The position numbers and the translations under genes were made by a program. Under the pieces are notes generated by a model. It saw only the letters and a program-made list of their open reading frames with translations. It did no database searches and was not told the DNA's origin. Positions 45,992 through 57,093 of a stretch of DNA of 64,000 nucleotides are shown piece by piece (position 1 is the first letter of the stretch; the number at the start of each line of letters is the position of its first letter). The DNA is taken from assembly GCA_963718615.1 (NCBI GenBank), contig OY970368.1:1312001-1376000 (forward strand). The letters are read 5' to 3'. This stretch comes from an uncultured cyanobacterium (GTDB lineage Bacteria > Cyanobacteriota > Cyanobacteriia > PCC-9006 > JAAUQQ01).

Positions 45992-46046
45992 ACTACGATG
46001 AACCATTTTGTTTTAGGGGGTTTGTCTGTGTGTTTGTATGGCAACG

Positions 46047-46838
46047 CTAAAGGCTATCGGGATCAACTCCAAGCTCTCGAAGTTTTTGGGCTAAACGTTC
46101 AGCGCGTTGGGCTTCTTGCTCGGCGCATTGGGCTTCTTGAGCGGCGTACTGGGTTGCTTGGTGCGCTTTTTCTTCCTGAGTGGGGATCAGGGTATCGTCG
46201 AGGTTTGCCCAGCGAAGCCAAGTCGCTGTAACAGTGTGATAAATACCACTCCAGCGAACTAGCTTGAGGCCCAAACTGGGACTGAGGATGCTGCCATCTG
46301 GGGCGATGGGTAGAGGCTGATAGTGAGCATTTTGTAGGGTAAAACCAGCCCAATCTTCGGGGTTGAAGGGGTCGTACCAAAATTATTCTGAAATGCGCAT
46401 TTGGTTCTGATAAATATCGCGTTTTATGGTTTTATCTGCTGTGGCGGTGCTGTTGGAGAGGAGTTCAATCACGAGGTCTGGACTTTTTCCTTCTTCCCAC
46501 ACAACCCAGCTTAGACGCTCTTTCGGATCGACATCCAGGGCAATAAAGAAGTCAGGGCCTCGATAATCGCGATTCCTCACTTGTTCAAGGCTGAAATAGA
46601 CGAACATGTTACCGCTGACGTAGCTATTGGGGCGATGGAGACTGAGCCAAGTGTGGGCGGTTTCGATGAGCAGATCCCTCTGAAGCTTGTGACGCTGAGT
46701 TTCCATAGGAATATCATCACAACAGGGGAGGTCGTATTGGGTGGGAGGCAGTGAGGTCAGTCCCTCGGGTAACTCAATGGGAGGTGAGGGGGTGAAGGGG
46801 GTTGCAGTGGGACTGGTGGTGGGGTTGAGACCTGTCAT
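46047..46838 (-). pseudogene. Uma2 family endonuclease with one in-frame stop
   Basis: PMETQRH, RGPDFF, VIELLS; TAA at 46383-46385 in E*FWYDP (normally EYFWYDP); the same frame continues to LRELGVDPDSL. Confidence 0.88.
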
Positions 46839-47046
46839 GGGATTTCCTGGCGATAAACCTTGAAATTGAACCTTGTGCCTACATGTCGCTATTGTAATGG
46901 ATTGGGTTGAGGCGATCTCAACGGGCGTAGATTAGCCATTCGAGGAATACAGATGTGTAGTGTCTAGGACAGAGGAAGATAAAGGTTCAAAGCGTTAGTT
47001 GACCCAAGCGAGTCGAAGAACGACAAGATGGTTGAAGCCGTCCTCA

Positions 47047-47784
47047 TTACTTCTTAATCGCAGTTAAGCGGATATTAAAGGCTAAAAATTTTGGATAAGA
47101 AATACCACTTTCCCAAGCTCTAAAACGGTTTAAATTTTGATGTATTCTTTGAGGCAGAAGATGCATTCGGGAGTCTATCGCAAGTATCCAAGTAAAGAAA
47201 GGCATAAACAAACCACAGTACTGCACTTTGGAAAGTGTAAACCTTTCTCCTAAAAGATTCTGTACTTCAGTGAAAGAAACATGTTTATGCCCTAATTCAA
47301 CTGGATCACTCGGAACATATCCACTGATCTTCATATAAAAACGGTAAATTCTAGAGAATCGACGTTTGAAATCCATTGGATCAGCCCAAGCAAATGCTCC
47401 TTGATAGGGAGCTGTAAAAATAAATAAACCACCTTTCTTTAAGACTCTATAAGACTCATTGATGACCAATTGTTTATTTTCATCTCCAACATGTTCAATG
47501 ACATCGGACAGCACTACTACATCAAATTCTTCACTTGGATAAGGCAAAGTTGCTGCAGTTTGATGTACTAAATTTAAATAAGGATAATTAACTGCTGCTT
47601 GCTTAAGGGCTTCCTCATGCATATCAATTCCATAAAGAGCTTTTGATTTGTCTTGTAGCTTGGCTAATGTCCATCCAAACGAGCATCCAACATCTAGAAT
47701 TTTGTTTACAGGAGTCTCAATCGAGTCGAGCACAAAGTCACTCCGATCGCCACCTAGATTTTTAAGACCAAGTATGAGCAACAT
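47047..47784 (-). CDS. Class I SAM-dependent methyltransferase
   Basis: ILDVGCSFG, FDVVVLSDVIEHV, RVLKKGG. Confidence 0.88.
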   Translation of the reverse strand: MLLILGLKNLGGDRSDFVLDSIETPVNKILDVGCSFGWTLAKLQDKSKALYGIDMHEEALKQAAVNYPYLNLVHQTAATLPYPSEEFDVVVLSDVIEHVGDENKQLVINESYRVLKKGGLFIFTAPYQGAFAWADPMDFKRRFSRIYRFYMKISGYVPSDPVELGHKHVSFTEVQNLLGERFTLSKVQYCGLFMPFFTWILAIDSRMHLLPQRIHQNLNRFRAWESGISYPKFLAFNIRLTAIKK

Positions 47785-47860
47785 GTAATACCTTCCTTTT
47801 CTACAAAACAACACTGTAATGACTAACTGTAACAATTTAGCTCTGAAGAACTTGCTGTGC

Positions 47861-48949
47861 TTACACACATATCCTCTGAAGAGCATGAGAGACTCGTTCT
47901 GATAAAAATTTATAATCAAAGGTCTTGATAGCAACTTGACATGCTTGATCTTTGGTTTTTGAAAACTGATTTTTTTCTATAAGCCAATCTAGTTCTTTTG
48001 CCAACCGTAGGGGATAATTCTCATCTTTTACCCCGTTGTAAGGCAAAAGGCTACCAATACCAGGTAATACATTCTTAGCTTCTCCTACATCTGTTGCAAT
48101 TACATATTTACCATAGGCTAAATACAAGGGTAGTTTCCCTGTTGTCCTAACCATGCCGACTAAATCATTAGATTGTGTAGAGATACAAATATCCATCGTA
48201 GCCAAGTACTTAGGAAGCTCAGAATACGAAACTTGACCAATAAACTTGAGTTTGCTTATAACTCCTAATTCTTTTGCTCGCTCCTCTAGAATTTTTCTAC
48301 CATTTCCATCTCCTACCAAAAGACCCATTATTGGTTTTTCTTTCAGGAAAGCCAACGCTTCAACAATATCCCAGCCATAGCACATTTGATAGCGCTCAGA
48401 CCAAGACATAGTTCCAATCATGCCAACAACAACTTGTTTTTCTAAGCCCAGTTCTGCCTTTACTACATTACTTTCAGGCTTAATAATATTACTAGTGACT
48501 ACTCCATCTGGAACAAATTCAACATTTTCTATACCCTGACCTTTCAGAAAATCCTTATGATAACTACCACGAACAATTAATAAATTAGAGTGATGGATTG
48601 CTAGATTCTCAATGAAGCTAATCAACTTTAGCTGTAGTGTAGAATAATTTCCCGTAGACTTGGCAAGCTCAAAGGCTACATCTCCTGTGTCAACGACTAG
48701 TTTACAGCGAAGCAATATCTTGACTAAGTACCCCGCTAGAACTCCTGCATAGGCGGTGTCCATTACATAAACAACATCTGGTCTAAATTTTAGACTAGAA
48801 AAAATAAATCGCCCAATACTCTTCCATTTAGGTATTCCTCTATATTCGAATAAAATTTTCCAGTGGGATGGGAAAAATTTGGAGAATGTTTGTGCTCTTA
48901 TCCCTGCTGAACTGGACTGAGAACCATTGATGAGAAAGATTATTTTCAT
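47861..48949 (-). CDS. Glycosyltransferase family 4
   Basis: GT-B features: LVGDG, KLPLYLAYGKYVIATDVG. Confidence 0.85.
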   Translation of the reverse strand: MKIIFLINGSQSSSAGIRAQTFSKFFPSHWKILFEYRGIPKWKSIGRFIFSSLKFRPDVVYVMDTAYAGVLAGYLVKILLRCKLVVDTGDVAFELAKSTGNYSTLQLKLISFIENLAIHHSNLLIVRGSYHKDFLKGQGIENVEFVPDGVVTSNIIKPESNVVKAELGLEKQVVVGMIGTMSWSERYQMCYGWDIVEALAFLKEKPIMGLLVGDGNGRKILEERAKELGVISKLKFIGQVSYSELPKYLATMDICISTQSNDLVGMVRTTGKLPLYLAYGKYVIATDVGEAKNVLPGIGSLLPYNGVKDENYPLRLAKELDWLIEKNQFSKTKDQACQVAIKTFDYKFLSERVSHALQRICV

Positions 48950-49027
48950 AGAGATAAATTAAAATATAATTATATTACGTGCTCTGAAAAGTGTCTCTAG
49001 TTCAAGACTTTAGCAAGATGTTATAAA

Positions 49028-49474
49028 CTATCTCTCCACATGGTTGTTAATAGGTCGTGCGGGTACACCCACAACGATTTGTCCAGGTAAAACGTTTTTA
49101 GTAACAACAGCACCAGCACCTACAATGGCTCCTTCTCCTATAATAAGGTCTTTGTTCTCTCTACTTACTATTGTTGCATTTGCCCCAATAGTTACGCCAT
49201 CATGAATAATAATTCTATAAGGGGAACCAATCCATGTTGATGTGGCTAGGGTCACCCTATGAAAAATAGTGACTTTTTTACCGATTTTCACATTGGGATG
49301 AATAACAACTCCTAAAGCAAAGTGTGCTAGGCAAATATCATCTTCAAAATCAGCCTCATAGGGCAACACCGCATGAAAAATGAGAAAGATAAGTGCTTTT
49401 ATTATTTTGGCGATTAACTTGAGATTATGCCTATAAGCAAGAGAACTGAGTTTCCAGAAAAATACAGGTTTCAT
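49028..49474 (-). CDS. Hexapeptide (serine acetyltransferase-like) O-acetyltransferase
   Basis: GVVIHPNVKIG, IGANATI, VGAGAVVTK..VGVPAR. Confidence 0.88.
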   Translation of the reverse strand: MKPVFFWKLSSLAYRHNLKLIAKIIKALIFLIFHAVLPYEADFEDDICLAHFALGVVIHPNVKIGKKVTIFHRVTLATSTWIGSPYRIIIHDGVTIGANATIVSRENKDLIIGEGAIVGAGAVVTKNVLPGQIVVGVPARPINNHVER

Positions 49475-49679
49475 GTATGAGCAGCAAATAACTTAGTTGA
49501 CTTTGCTAGGATGAAAAAATGAGTATTTGACTGATGCAAGACCCAGTCCTAGAAGTACACAAAACGGAATTCTACTAATTTAATCTTTAGTTATTGTTGC
49601 CTTAACAACGATCGTAAAAGATGCTTACTCGCTAAATATTTCGTATTTCATCGTAGTAAAAACTCCATACTTTCTCATC

Positions 49680-50750
49680 TTATTTATTAAACTCTAAGAC
49701 TGCTTGCTCATAAAATTTCTCATGAGTTATAGCAATATTTTTCCAAGAGAAAAGAAATGCACGTCTCAATCCCTTTTCTTCTAGATAACACCGCTTTTCT
49801 GAGTCTTTCAATAAGTCGATAATTGCCTGAGAGAATAATTCATCGGTTTTCATCATGCCGTACTCTCCATCTGCCAAAACATGTTCCGCTCCTTCATTTG
49901 GAGACGATACTATTGCGACTCCACTTGCAAGAGCTTCTAAATAAGGAATGCCAAACCCTTCGTATATACTAGGATAGGCAAAGATCCACGAGCTACGAAA
50001 TAAGACTGCCAGCTCTTGATCAGAAGGAAAACGAATATATGTTACATTGGGGTGTAAAGGACAATAATCAGACACCATATATAGCTGAGCAGCTGGAAAG
50101 CTCAATAGTATTTCTTCTACAAATTGCTGAAAAATAAACTTTCCTCTTTTACGTCCCTCCCATGTTCCAACAAACAGAATGGATGGAAATGTTGTTTTTT
50201 TACCGGGATAAAATACGGTTAAGTCAACGCCATTGTCAACGGTAGCTCTAGTATTGTATATTTTTTTGGTCTCTTTACCGATCGCAAGGGTTAAGGTTGA
50301 CAATCTTTTAGAGAAATGCTCTAAGCGATAGATTAAATACTGTGAGATTCTGCGTTTCAGCGATGTACTTGAATTAGCTTCCTTTAAAGCTGAGCCATGC
50401 ATTGTCCTTACTGTTGCTCTCTGACGATTCCAGAAAAACCAATCGTCTCCATGTAAATGAATAACGTCAAACTCCCTGAAATCTATAAAATTAAGCAGTA
50501 AGGGAAATAAAACTAGTCTTGCTATTCTTTTGAAATTACATGAGTCAAGGTAGGGGAATATATGAACATGGTTATATTTTGCATCTGGTGGGCATGATGT
50601 AGGACTAAAAACAGTTACTTCATTGCTCAAGGAAACTTCTACCAACGAATTGGCAAGACGGTGGATAGCAAAATCAACTCCGCCTATTTTTCGGTTAGAT
50701 TCAGGTACATGTAAGTCGGGTAATGAGCTAGCTATTATTGCGATTTTCAT
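49680..50750 (-). CDS. Glycosyltransferase family 4
   Basis: YPSIYEGFGIPYLEALASG. Confidence 0.9.
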   Translation of the reverse strand: MKIAIIASSLPDLHVPESNRKIGGVDFAIHRLANSLVEVSLSNEVTVFSPTSCPPDAKYNHVHIFPYLDSCNFKRIARLVLFPLLLNFIDFREFDVIHLHGDDWFFWNRQRATVRTMHGSALKEANSSTSLKRRISQYLIYRLEHFSKRLSTLTLAIGKETKKIYNTRATVDNGVDLTVFYPGKKTTFPSILFVGTWEGRKRGKFIFQQFVEEILLSFPAAQLYMVSDYCPLHPNVTYIRFPSDQELAVLFRSSWIFAYPSIYEGFGIPYLEALASGVAIVSSPNEGAEHVLADGEYGMMKTDELFSQAIIDLLKDSEKRCYLEEKGLRRAFLFSWKNIAITHEKFYEQAVLEFNK

Positions 50751-50934
50751 GGTATGCAAATAAAATCTAGAAGAGAAATAACTAATATAATATCCGTTCA
50801 ATAAGTCTTGGAATTACTGACCTCAAACCCTTATGGAACAAAGAGCGGTTGTTCTATGAATTTCTTGGACTCTATATAACTAACTAAAACATTCAATACC
50901 TGTCTGCATAACTAAAATTAGACTCATGAAGTGA

Positions 50935-52047
50935 TTATATAAGTAGCTCTTGTACAGAAATAATAAATTGACTAGCATATTTTTCAGCAGAGAAATCTTG
51001 AGCTCGAATCAACGCATTGTAACCAACTTCGCTCATTAGAGATGGATGATCTAAATAGTTTAATATTGCTTTTTGTAAGCTCTTTACATCAGAATAAGGA
51101 ATAAGCGTTCCATAAAGATTCGAATCTATAATTTCTTTTGGACCTCCCTCATTAGTCGCAATAACTGGTTTACCCATTGCCATCGCTTCTACAATGACTA
51201 AACCAAAGGGTTCGTTCTTAGAAGCATGAATAACAATATCCATGGCATGCATCCACTCTTGAACATTTGTTTGTTGGCCAACCATGATAACTCGTTCAGA
51301 AATATTATATTTACAAACCAAGGATTTTAAATAATCTGTATATTCAGCCTCTAAGTCATGCTTTCCTCCTACAATAAGACAGTACGCAGAAGGATATTTC
51401 TCCAGAACAAAGGGCATTGCTTGAATTAAGACATGAATTCCTTTCCAGTGTTGCAACCTACCAACAATGCCGATAATAGGCACATCAGTAGGTAATTTGA
51501 GCTTTGTGCGTGTGTTTACCACACTTGTAAAAGCCTGTTTGTTAAATACTTCAAGATTGATTCCCGGTCTAACAACTCGGGTTGATCGATGTGGAAAAAA
51601 CTTTTGCTGCTCAATACTAGTTTCTCTCGAAACATTTAACACGCCTTTTGACGGTAAAAACGAGCTAAATCTATGAAGAAAACTCCCTAAGTCGGGATTA
51701 TCATGATTGTACCAGATCGATGGTACTCGTGCGATAAAGGACGCTATCCCAGCATATAAATGGGCTTTTGTTGCCCAACTTACTACTACATCTACATTTT
51801 CTTCTTTAAATAGGAAAGCCAATCGAAATACGGTTTGGCAAAACAAAAATACATTTCTTAGGCGGCCACTTTCTATAATCTCAGTCCTGACATGTAAACA
51901 GGTTATCTGATCACATAAGGTTCCGCTCTTTAAGAAAATTACTAGCCACTCATGTTGTTTGCACGAAACTTGTCTTAATAAATTGACGAGAGCAATTTCT
52001 GCTCCTCCCTTTTGCTCAGCAAAAGGTACTACGATAGCGATTTTCAT
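50935..52047 (-). CDS. Glycosyltransferase family 4
   Basis: GRLQHWKG, EPFGLVIVEAMAMGKPV. Confidence 0.92.
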   Translation of the reverse strand: MKIAIVVPFAEQKGGAEIALVNLLRQVSCKQHEWLVIFLKSGTLCDQITCLHVRTEIIESGRLRNVFLFCQTVFRLAFLFKEENVDVVVSWATKAHLYAGIASFIARVPSIWYNHDNPDLGSFLHRFSSFLPSKGVLNVSRETSIEQQKFFPHRSTRVVRPGINLEVFNKQAFTSVVNTRTKLKLPTDVPIIGIVGRLQHWKGIHVLIQAMPFVLEKYPSAYCLIVGGKHDLEAEYTDYLKSLVCKYNISERVIMVGQQTNVQEWMHAMDIVIHASKNEPFGLVIVEAMAMGKPVIATNEGGPKEIIDSNLYGTLIPYSDVKSLQKAILNYLDHPSLMSEVGYNALIRAQDFSAEKYASQFIISVQELLI

Positions 52048-52053
52048 TATATT

Positions 52054-53484
52054 TCAACCTTGAAGATTGTACTTTTCTTGATTGCTACGATATTTATAGC
52101 CAGCAATAGCAAGACCAGAAATGCCCCAAAATAGAACACTAGGAAGTAAGATAAACATATTATTGCTAGAAAGAGTGGAAAACATTCCTACACTAGACAT
52201 TATAGAGGCCAGGATAAATGAATCTTTCCTATACTTCAGACACTGATTTAAAGTATAGAATATCAAGAAAATAGCACAAACATAGGGTGCTAGTCCTATC
52301 CATCCCAATATAGCTAACGGTTCGAGAAGGCCTGCGTCAACGGTGCCTGCTCCTCCCATACCTCGACCGATAACTTCAGATACGATTTGATTCAGTAAAT
52401 CTGCATAAATTCTTTGTCTAACTAATAGGCTACCGTCACTACCTACATTTAAAAATGTTTGTATTCTTTCTAAGACAGTATCTGTAAAATTTGAATTGAA
52501 TAAAAGAGGAGATGAAAACAAAAGACCGAGAAATATATTTCTAATCATGAACGATTTAACACGAAAATTGGAGAATATAAAAACACCAATAAAAGTTAAT
52601 CCCCAACCAAGCCATGCAGCTCGGACAAGAGATAAAAGAAAGGATATAAAACCAGGTAATATTGCCAAGATTGAGAATTTTCTATAATTTGAAAATACAA
52701 ATGTTAATGTTGTAATCATAGTTACAGAAAAAACCATAGGAGTGTTTACAGTACTCCAAACCCTTAACATATAAGGCTCTGGCCATCCGATAGAACTCTG
52801 AAGGTTGGGGGAGTTGTTCCACCAAAATACATCCCAAGCGGGAGCAAAAGCATACTGGTACATACCATATGCTCCCATTACAAGCGTCGCCCAGAAAAAG
52901 ACATCCTGAGTTATTTTCATATGAATTGGATAGTTTCTCCAATTCATATTTAAGTAGAATCCAATACTGATCGCTGGAAACCACATCAACACGCCTCTGC
53001 CAATTTCTAATAACGAGTATTCTCTTAAAAATCCCACGATAAAAGCATAAAGAATGGATGTAGTGGCCAACATATAAGGCAGTCCATCTTTTTTAACAAA
53101 CTGAGGCCCATAACGAAAAAGATATTCTGTGCAAACAAAAGAAACCAAGTATGGTGAAAGAATTATCATTTTAAACTCTCCACCAGAAGTTCCACTCTGA
53201 TATTCGACAATCCTAGAGACTAATGGTGATAAAAACCAAATCCACCAATTAAAGCCAATATAGAGAGATGGATATTTTGAATACAAAAATACTGCAATTA
53301 TGAAGCTTCCGGCAGGGAAAGCCAATTGAAGTATTTGACTTACATGTAATAAGATAGAGGAAATTATAAGTATTAAAAATACAAATATTAATGACCATGC
53401 CGTAGCTGGTTTTGGAATTAAAGAAAGTGTTTTTATGATTTTTCTTTTCTTTTTTCCTAGCATTGAACTTGAAACTGGATTCAT
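52054..53484 (-). CDS. O-antigen ligase/Wzy-like membrane protein
   Basis: Many TM helices; RVWSTVN.P, LSLVRAAW, GRGMG. Confidence 0.78.
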   Translation of the reverse strand: MNPVSSSMLGKKKRKIIKTLSLIPKPATAWSLIFVFLILIISSILLHVSQILQLAFPAGSFIIAVFLYSKYPSLYIGFNWWIWFLSPLVSRIVEYQSGTSGGEFKMIILSPYLVSFVCTEYLFRYGPQFVKKDGLPYMLATTSILYAFIVGFLREYSLLEIGRGVLMWFPAISIGFYLNMNWRNYPIHMKITQDVFFWATLVMGAYGMYQYAFAPAWDVFWWNNSPNLQSSIGWPEPYMLRVWSTVNTPMVFSVTMITTLTFVFSNYRKFSILAILPGFISFLLSLVRAAWLGWGLTFIGVFIFSNFRVKSFMIRNIFLGLLFSSPLLFNSNFTDTVLERIQTFLNVGSDGSLLVRQRIYADLLNQIVSEVIGRGMGGAGTVDAGLLEPLAILGWIGLAPYVCAIFLIFYTLNQCLKYRKDSFILASIMSSVGMFSTLSSNNMFILLPSVLFWGISGLAIAGYKYRSNQEKYNLQG

Positions 53485-53549
53485 TTTTAGATCCTTAACT
53501 AAAGTGATTTCATGTCAAAATTAAATCTTTATAGACTTAAAATCATCAG

Positions 53550-54653
53550 TCAAAGTCTGCCCCTTAGTAAGGCATGTAAATGCTGAACTTGTTTATCTGT
53601 GCTATGATTTTTATACCAAATGTGTGCGCTGGTAGCAATATTTTGTAATTCATTTATAGGATAACGATATAAACTTGCGTGTGTGGATACCAAATAATGT
53701 TTAAAATTCTGTAGGCCATCCATAGCTTCGGATGGTTTTGAACTTACGATCGGCAAGAGTCCGTGTGCACAATAAGCAGCGAAAACTCCTGACTTTGCAA
53801 GATAACGGCTATCTCCATAATTAATGAATCCAGCAAATGATTCAGATAAAACTTGACTGATTGAGAACGTAGATAAACATCCGAGTTTTGTGATTGCAAT
53901 CTTTCCTAACCTCTCTTTTTTTAGATTGAGTGGTGGTCCAATGTCAATAATTTCGTTGATATTTAGTTGCTCACACATTTTTTGAATGCTCTTGAACGAA
54001 TATTTGTACGCTCGCTCTCTGTTGCCAACTTGACCAAAAATAACTAGCGTTCTCTTTCGTTTCGTTAATGGTATAATTATTTGGGGCTCTCCGACATTAG
54101 ATATGACTGGCAAGTTTGATATTTCTTCCTTTCGCTCAGGTATTAAGCATTTTAGGTGTCGTGCGTGGATTTCAATATTTGTCAGATTGATATTGCTTAA
54201 ATCGAGCAAATTTTTAACTAGATTCTTTTGACAAAAATGGCTTATCAAGCTAAACTTATAGTCGATTTTAGGCTTAATATAGAGTTCATGAAACATCGTG
54301 ACTATTTGGATGTTTTGCATTTTTAAAGATTGCAATCCTTTTAATAGCCAGACTGGACATCCTTTCGAATCATAGCCATATCCAGATAAATGAACTAACA
54401 CTATGGATGTAGAATTTATTTTCGCTATTTTAAGTGTTTCTAGAAAACTAGATTCTGATCGCTGTTCAATGCGTAAGACTTGAAAGTCATCAATATTTTC
54501 AATTATCGGACTATATGGATCACAAACAATAAAGAATGTCGTGATCCCTGTCTCTATGCGTAGTTTTTGAGCAATGCAGAGAGCGTAATCACCCACACCA
54601 TCAATCGCAGGTGGTAAACGCGGTACAATACAAATAATTTTCCTATCTATCAT
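53550..54653 (-). CDS. Glycosyltransferase (GT-B)
   Basis: PPAIDGVGDY, TMFHEL, KSGVFAAYCAHG. Confidence 0.8.
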   Translation of the reverse strand: MIDRKIICIVPRLPPAIDGVGDYALCIAQKLRIETGITTFFIVCDPYSPIIENIDDFQVLRIEQRSESSFLETLKIAKINSTSIVLVHLSGYGYDSKGCPVWLLKGLQSLKMQNIQIVTMFHELYIKPKIDYKFSLISHFCQKNLVKNLLDLSNINLTNIEIHARHLKCLIPERKEEISNLPVISNVGEPQIIIPLTKRKRTLVIFGQVGNRERAYKYSFKSIQKMCEQLNINEIIDIGPPLNLKKERLGKIAITKLGCLSTFSISQVLSESFAGFINYGDSRYLAKSGVFAAYCAHGLLPIVSSKPSEAMDGLQNFKHYLVSTHASLYRYPINELQNIATSAHIWYKNHSTDKQVQHLHALLRGRL

Positions 54654-54734
54654 ATTTTTAGATTGATTAAGTAAATTCTACAGAAAAAAATTCTCAATTC
54701 GTTGAATAGAAAATAGAAGCGAGAGACAATTTCG

Positions 54735-55913
54735 TTAACTTAGTGGCACGATTCCCCTTTCTTTAAGAAATTCGAAAAGTCTTAAACTCAGCTTGTCCCA
54801 GGTATGATTTTTCGCAATCTCTAATCTTTCTTTTGCTAACCAATTAGGATTTCTAATTGCAAATCTTATGTTTTTTGAGTATTCTTCTGGACTATTAGCG
54901 ATTAATATTACTTCTTTCCATAGATTGATTTCTGGCACAGTATTATTACTAACTATTGGTCGAGAGGTTCCCATATAGTCCCAAAGTTTTGTCGGACATA
55001 TACTCATGTTAAAACCTGACTTAGAATAACAGGTTAGGAGTACATCAAATGATTGCAAGAAATCTCCGAGTTGTTCATGTTTGACTTCTCCAATGAAATG
55101 AATATTATTTAGCTTTCTTAGTTCTTGATAAGCCATCCACCATTTATGATTTCCATCTTGCTTTTTTGGATAATGTCCTCCCAAAACAAAACTGATATCT
55201 GGTAATTCTTGAGCAACTTGGAGAAAATAATCAAAGTCAAAACCAGAACGTAAGGTTCCAATATATCCAGCAATAGGACGTTTTATATAAGATATATCAG
55301 ATGGAAGTGGCAAAGGTGATGATAAGGCATCCGATACCATAAACATTGGAGTGCACCCATTTGGAAGATGAAAAATTTTTTTAGCCTGATCTGGAAAACA
55401 CTCTTTTAGGAAATCAGTCCTATATTTTGCTGTACAAATTGTAATATCGGTATTAATGATTGCTTCTTGTTCTAAGGAAATTATTTTGTCAGATGTGCGG
55501 GGCCAGTAATATTGGTAATCGTCAAAATTGTAATATACTGCCGGAATTCTTAATGCTTGTGCAAGTTTATAATAATGAGGATAGGAACATACCAAAAGAC
55601 AAGGAGAGTCTTTTGTAAAGTCTCGTATGCAATGAGATAAAACTTTCTCTGAGATCCCCCAAAATACTGTCATCCATCCAGGTGGAAAGCAAATTCTTTG
55701 CTCCCAGATATTATTATCAACTGGATAGGCGTGAAGATCAATGAAATACTTTCCGTACAAATCCTTAAATTGTTTATTATTCTTAGGATTTAAAAAGAGA
55801 ATATCAAATGTAGATTGATACTGAGAGAATAGTTGTTGTGTCCAGTAACAAACACCATCTAAGACAATTATTTTAGGAGTGGAACCTCTCATAGACGATT
55901 CGATATTTACCAT
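54735..55913 (-). CDS. Glycosyltransferase (TuaH-like GT-B)
   Basis: LPNGC, PIAGYIG, PTKLWDYMGTSRPIVS. Confidence 0.82.
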   Translation of the reverse strand: MVNIESSMRGSTPKIIVLDGVCYWTQQLFSQYQSTFDILFLNPKNNKQFKDLYGKYFIDLHAYPVDNNIWEQRICFPPGWMTVFWGISEKVLSHCIRDFTKDSPCLLVCSYPHYYKLAQALRIPAVYYNFDDYQYYWPRTSDKIISLEQEAIINTDITICTAKYRTDFLKECFPDQAKKIFHLPNGCTPMFMVSDALSSPLPLPSDISYIKRPIAGYIGTLRSGFDFDYFLQVAQELPDISFVLGGHYPKKQDGNHKWWMAYQELRKLNNIHFIGEVKHEQLGDFLQSFDVLLTCYSKSGFNMSICPTKLWDYMGTSRPIVSNNTVPEINLWKEVILIANSPEEYSKNIRFAIRNPNWLAKERLEIAKNHTWDKLSLRLFEFLKERGIVPLS

Positions 55914-55968
55914 AAGATGTACTTCCTAATATCTTCAAGGGGTTTCTTGCAAAGAGTGTATAAAATAT

Positions 55969-56058
55969 TATAGCAGTTCTCATATTTATGAGAACGCCAT
56001 AAATCTCTGCTTGTAATGTTTATTAGGTTCATCGCTGTAGTCTATAGTTCTGACATCC
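55969..56058 (+). repeat. 90-bp repeat, copy A (inverted relative to 59075-59164)
   Basis: Manual ungapped alignment to the reverse complement of copy B gives 75/90 identities; starts with the palindrome tatagc..ctcata-tt-tatgag..gccata. Confidence 0.85.
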
Positions 56059-56090
56059 GCTATGGTTATTTAATACATTTGTCCCTCTAC

Positions 56091-57089
56091 TTAATTGTTA
56101 AGATTTATCTTGCCTTTCTGTGTTTTGACGTTAAAATCTATGCCTGAATTTCCAAGTATCTTGAAACGATTATCTCTTTTAGATCTAACAAAATCTATTT
56201 TTGCCTTAAGTTTTCCTATTCTCATGTATTGATAGTGTTGAGTATTGAGAGTTTTTGTAAGATTTTTGATGACGCAAAAAAGCTTGTATAGAAAAATTTG
56301 AGCATAACTAGTTTTTTCCAGACCTCTCGCAAGATACAATAAATGATTGGAGTAAGCAACTGATTGTACTAGCCGGTTAAGATAAGATAATTCAAGACGC
56401 TTTGATGGAATTAGATGAACTAATTTTAATTTAGGAGATACACCGACACCAAATCCCATATCACATGCTGTTAAACCTATATCAGTATCTTCACTCGCGA
56501 GAAGTGAGTCTCCTTTTCTACCTAAAGATAAGCGAAGTGGATTTTTAGAAACGGTGAGAAAATATTCTTGAGCAACATCGCGACGAATTGACATTCCTGC
56601 TCCATGAGGTAAAGGAGCTTCTTTATAGTTATTGGAAAAAAATTCTTGCTCGACCTTACGAATTGCAAGAAAAGACCAGTATGCTTCCGTCAGATAATTA
56701 GGAACTTCTTCAAAAGCCGGCTCTATAGAACCGCTCCAAACAGCTACATTAGGAAACTTCTTGTTTAGCTTATCGATTTGCTCTAGATAATCATTTCCTA
56801 GAAGATTATCGTCATCAACAAAAACTAACAGATTACCTTTTGCCTCTCTTATTCCACGAATTCTTGCCATAGTCAATCCTATGCTACATTCAGAAATAAC
56901 TTTACAAAAAGTAGGAATCTGTAGGCTTGATAATTCAGTGATTGCGGGTTGGCTAGCATTATCAACGATGATGCATTCCCAAAACTCTTTATCGAGGGTT
57001 TGTCGACTTAAAGAGTCAAACACTTTGTTTAGATAATCAATTCTTGGATTGTTAGTGCACAAAATTACGCTTAGCATATATCCTCTCAA
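56091..57089 (-). CDS. Glycosyltransferase family 2
   Basis: SVILCTNN, IIVDNAS, VFVDDDN, SEDTD. Confidence 0.9.
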   Translation of the reverse strand: MRGYMLSVILCTNNPRIDYLNKVFDSLSRQTLDKEFWECIIVDNASQPAITELSSLQIPTFCKVISECSIGLTMARIRGIREAKGNLLVFVDDDNLLGNDYLEQIDKLNKKFPNVAVWSGSIEPAFEEVPNYLTEAYWSFLAIRKVEQEFFSNNYKEAPLPHGAGMSIRRDVAQEYFLTVSKNPLRLSLGRKGDSLLASEDTDIGLTACDMGFGVGVSPKLKLVHLIPSKRLELSYLNRLVQSVAYSNHLLYLARGLEKTSYAQIFLYKLFCVIKNLTKTLNTQHYQYMRIGKLKAKIDFVRSKRDNRFKILGNSGIDFNVKTQKGKINLNN

Positions 57090-57093
57090 TTAT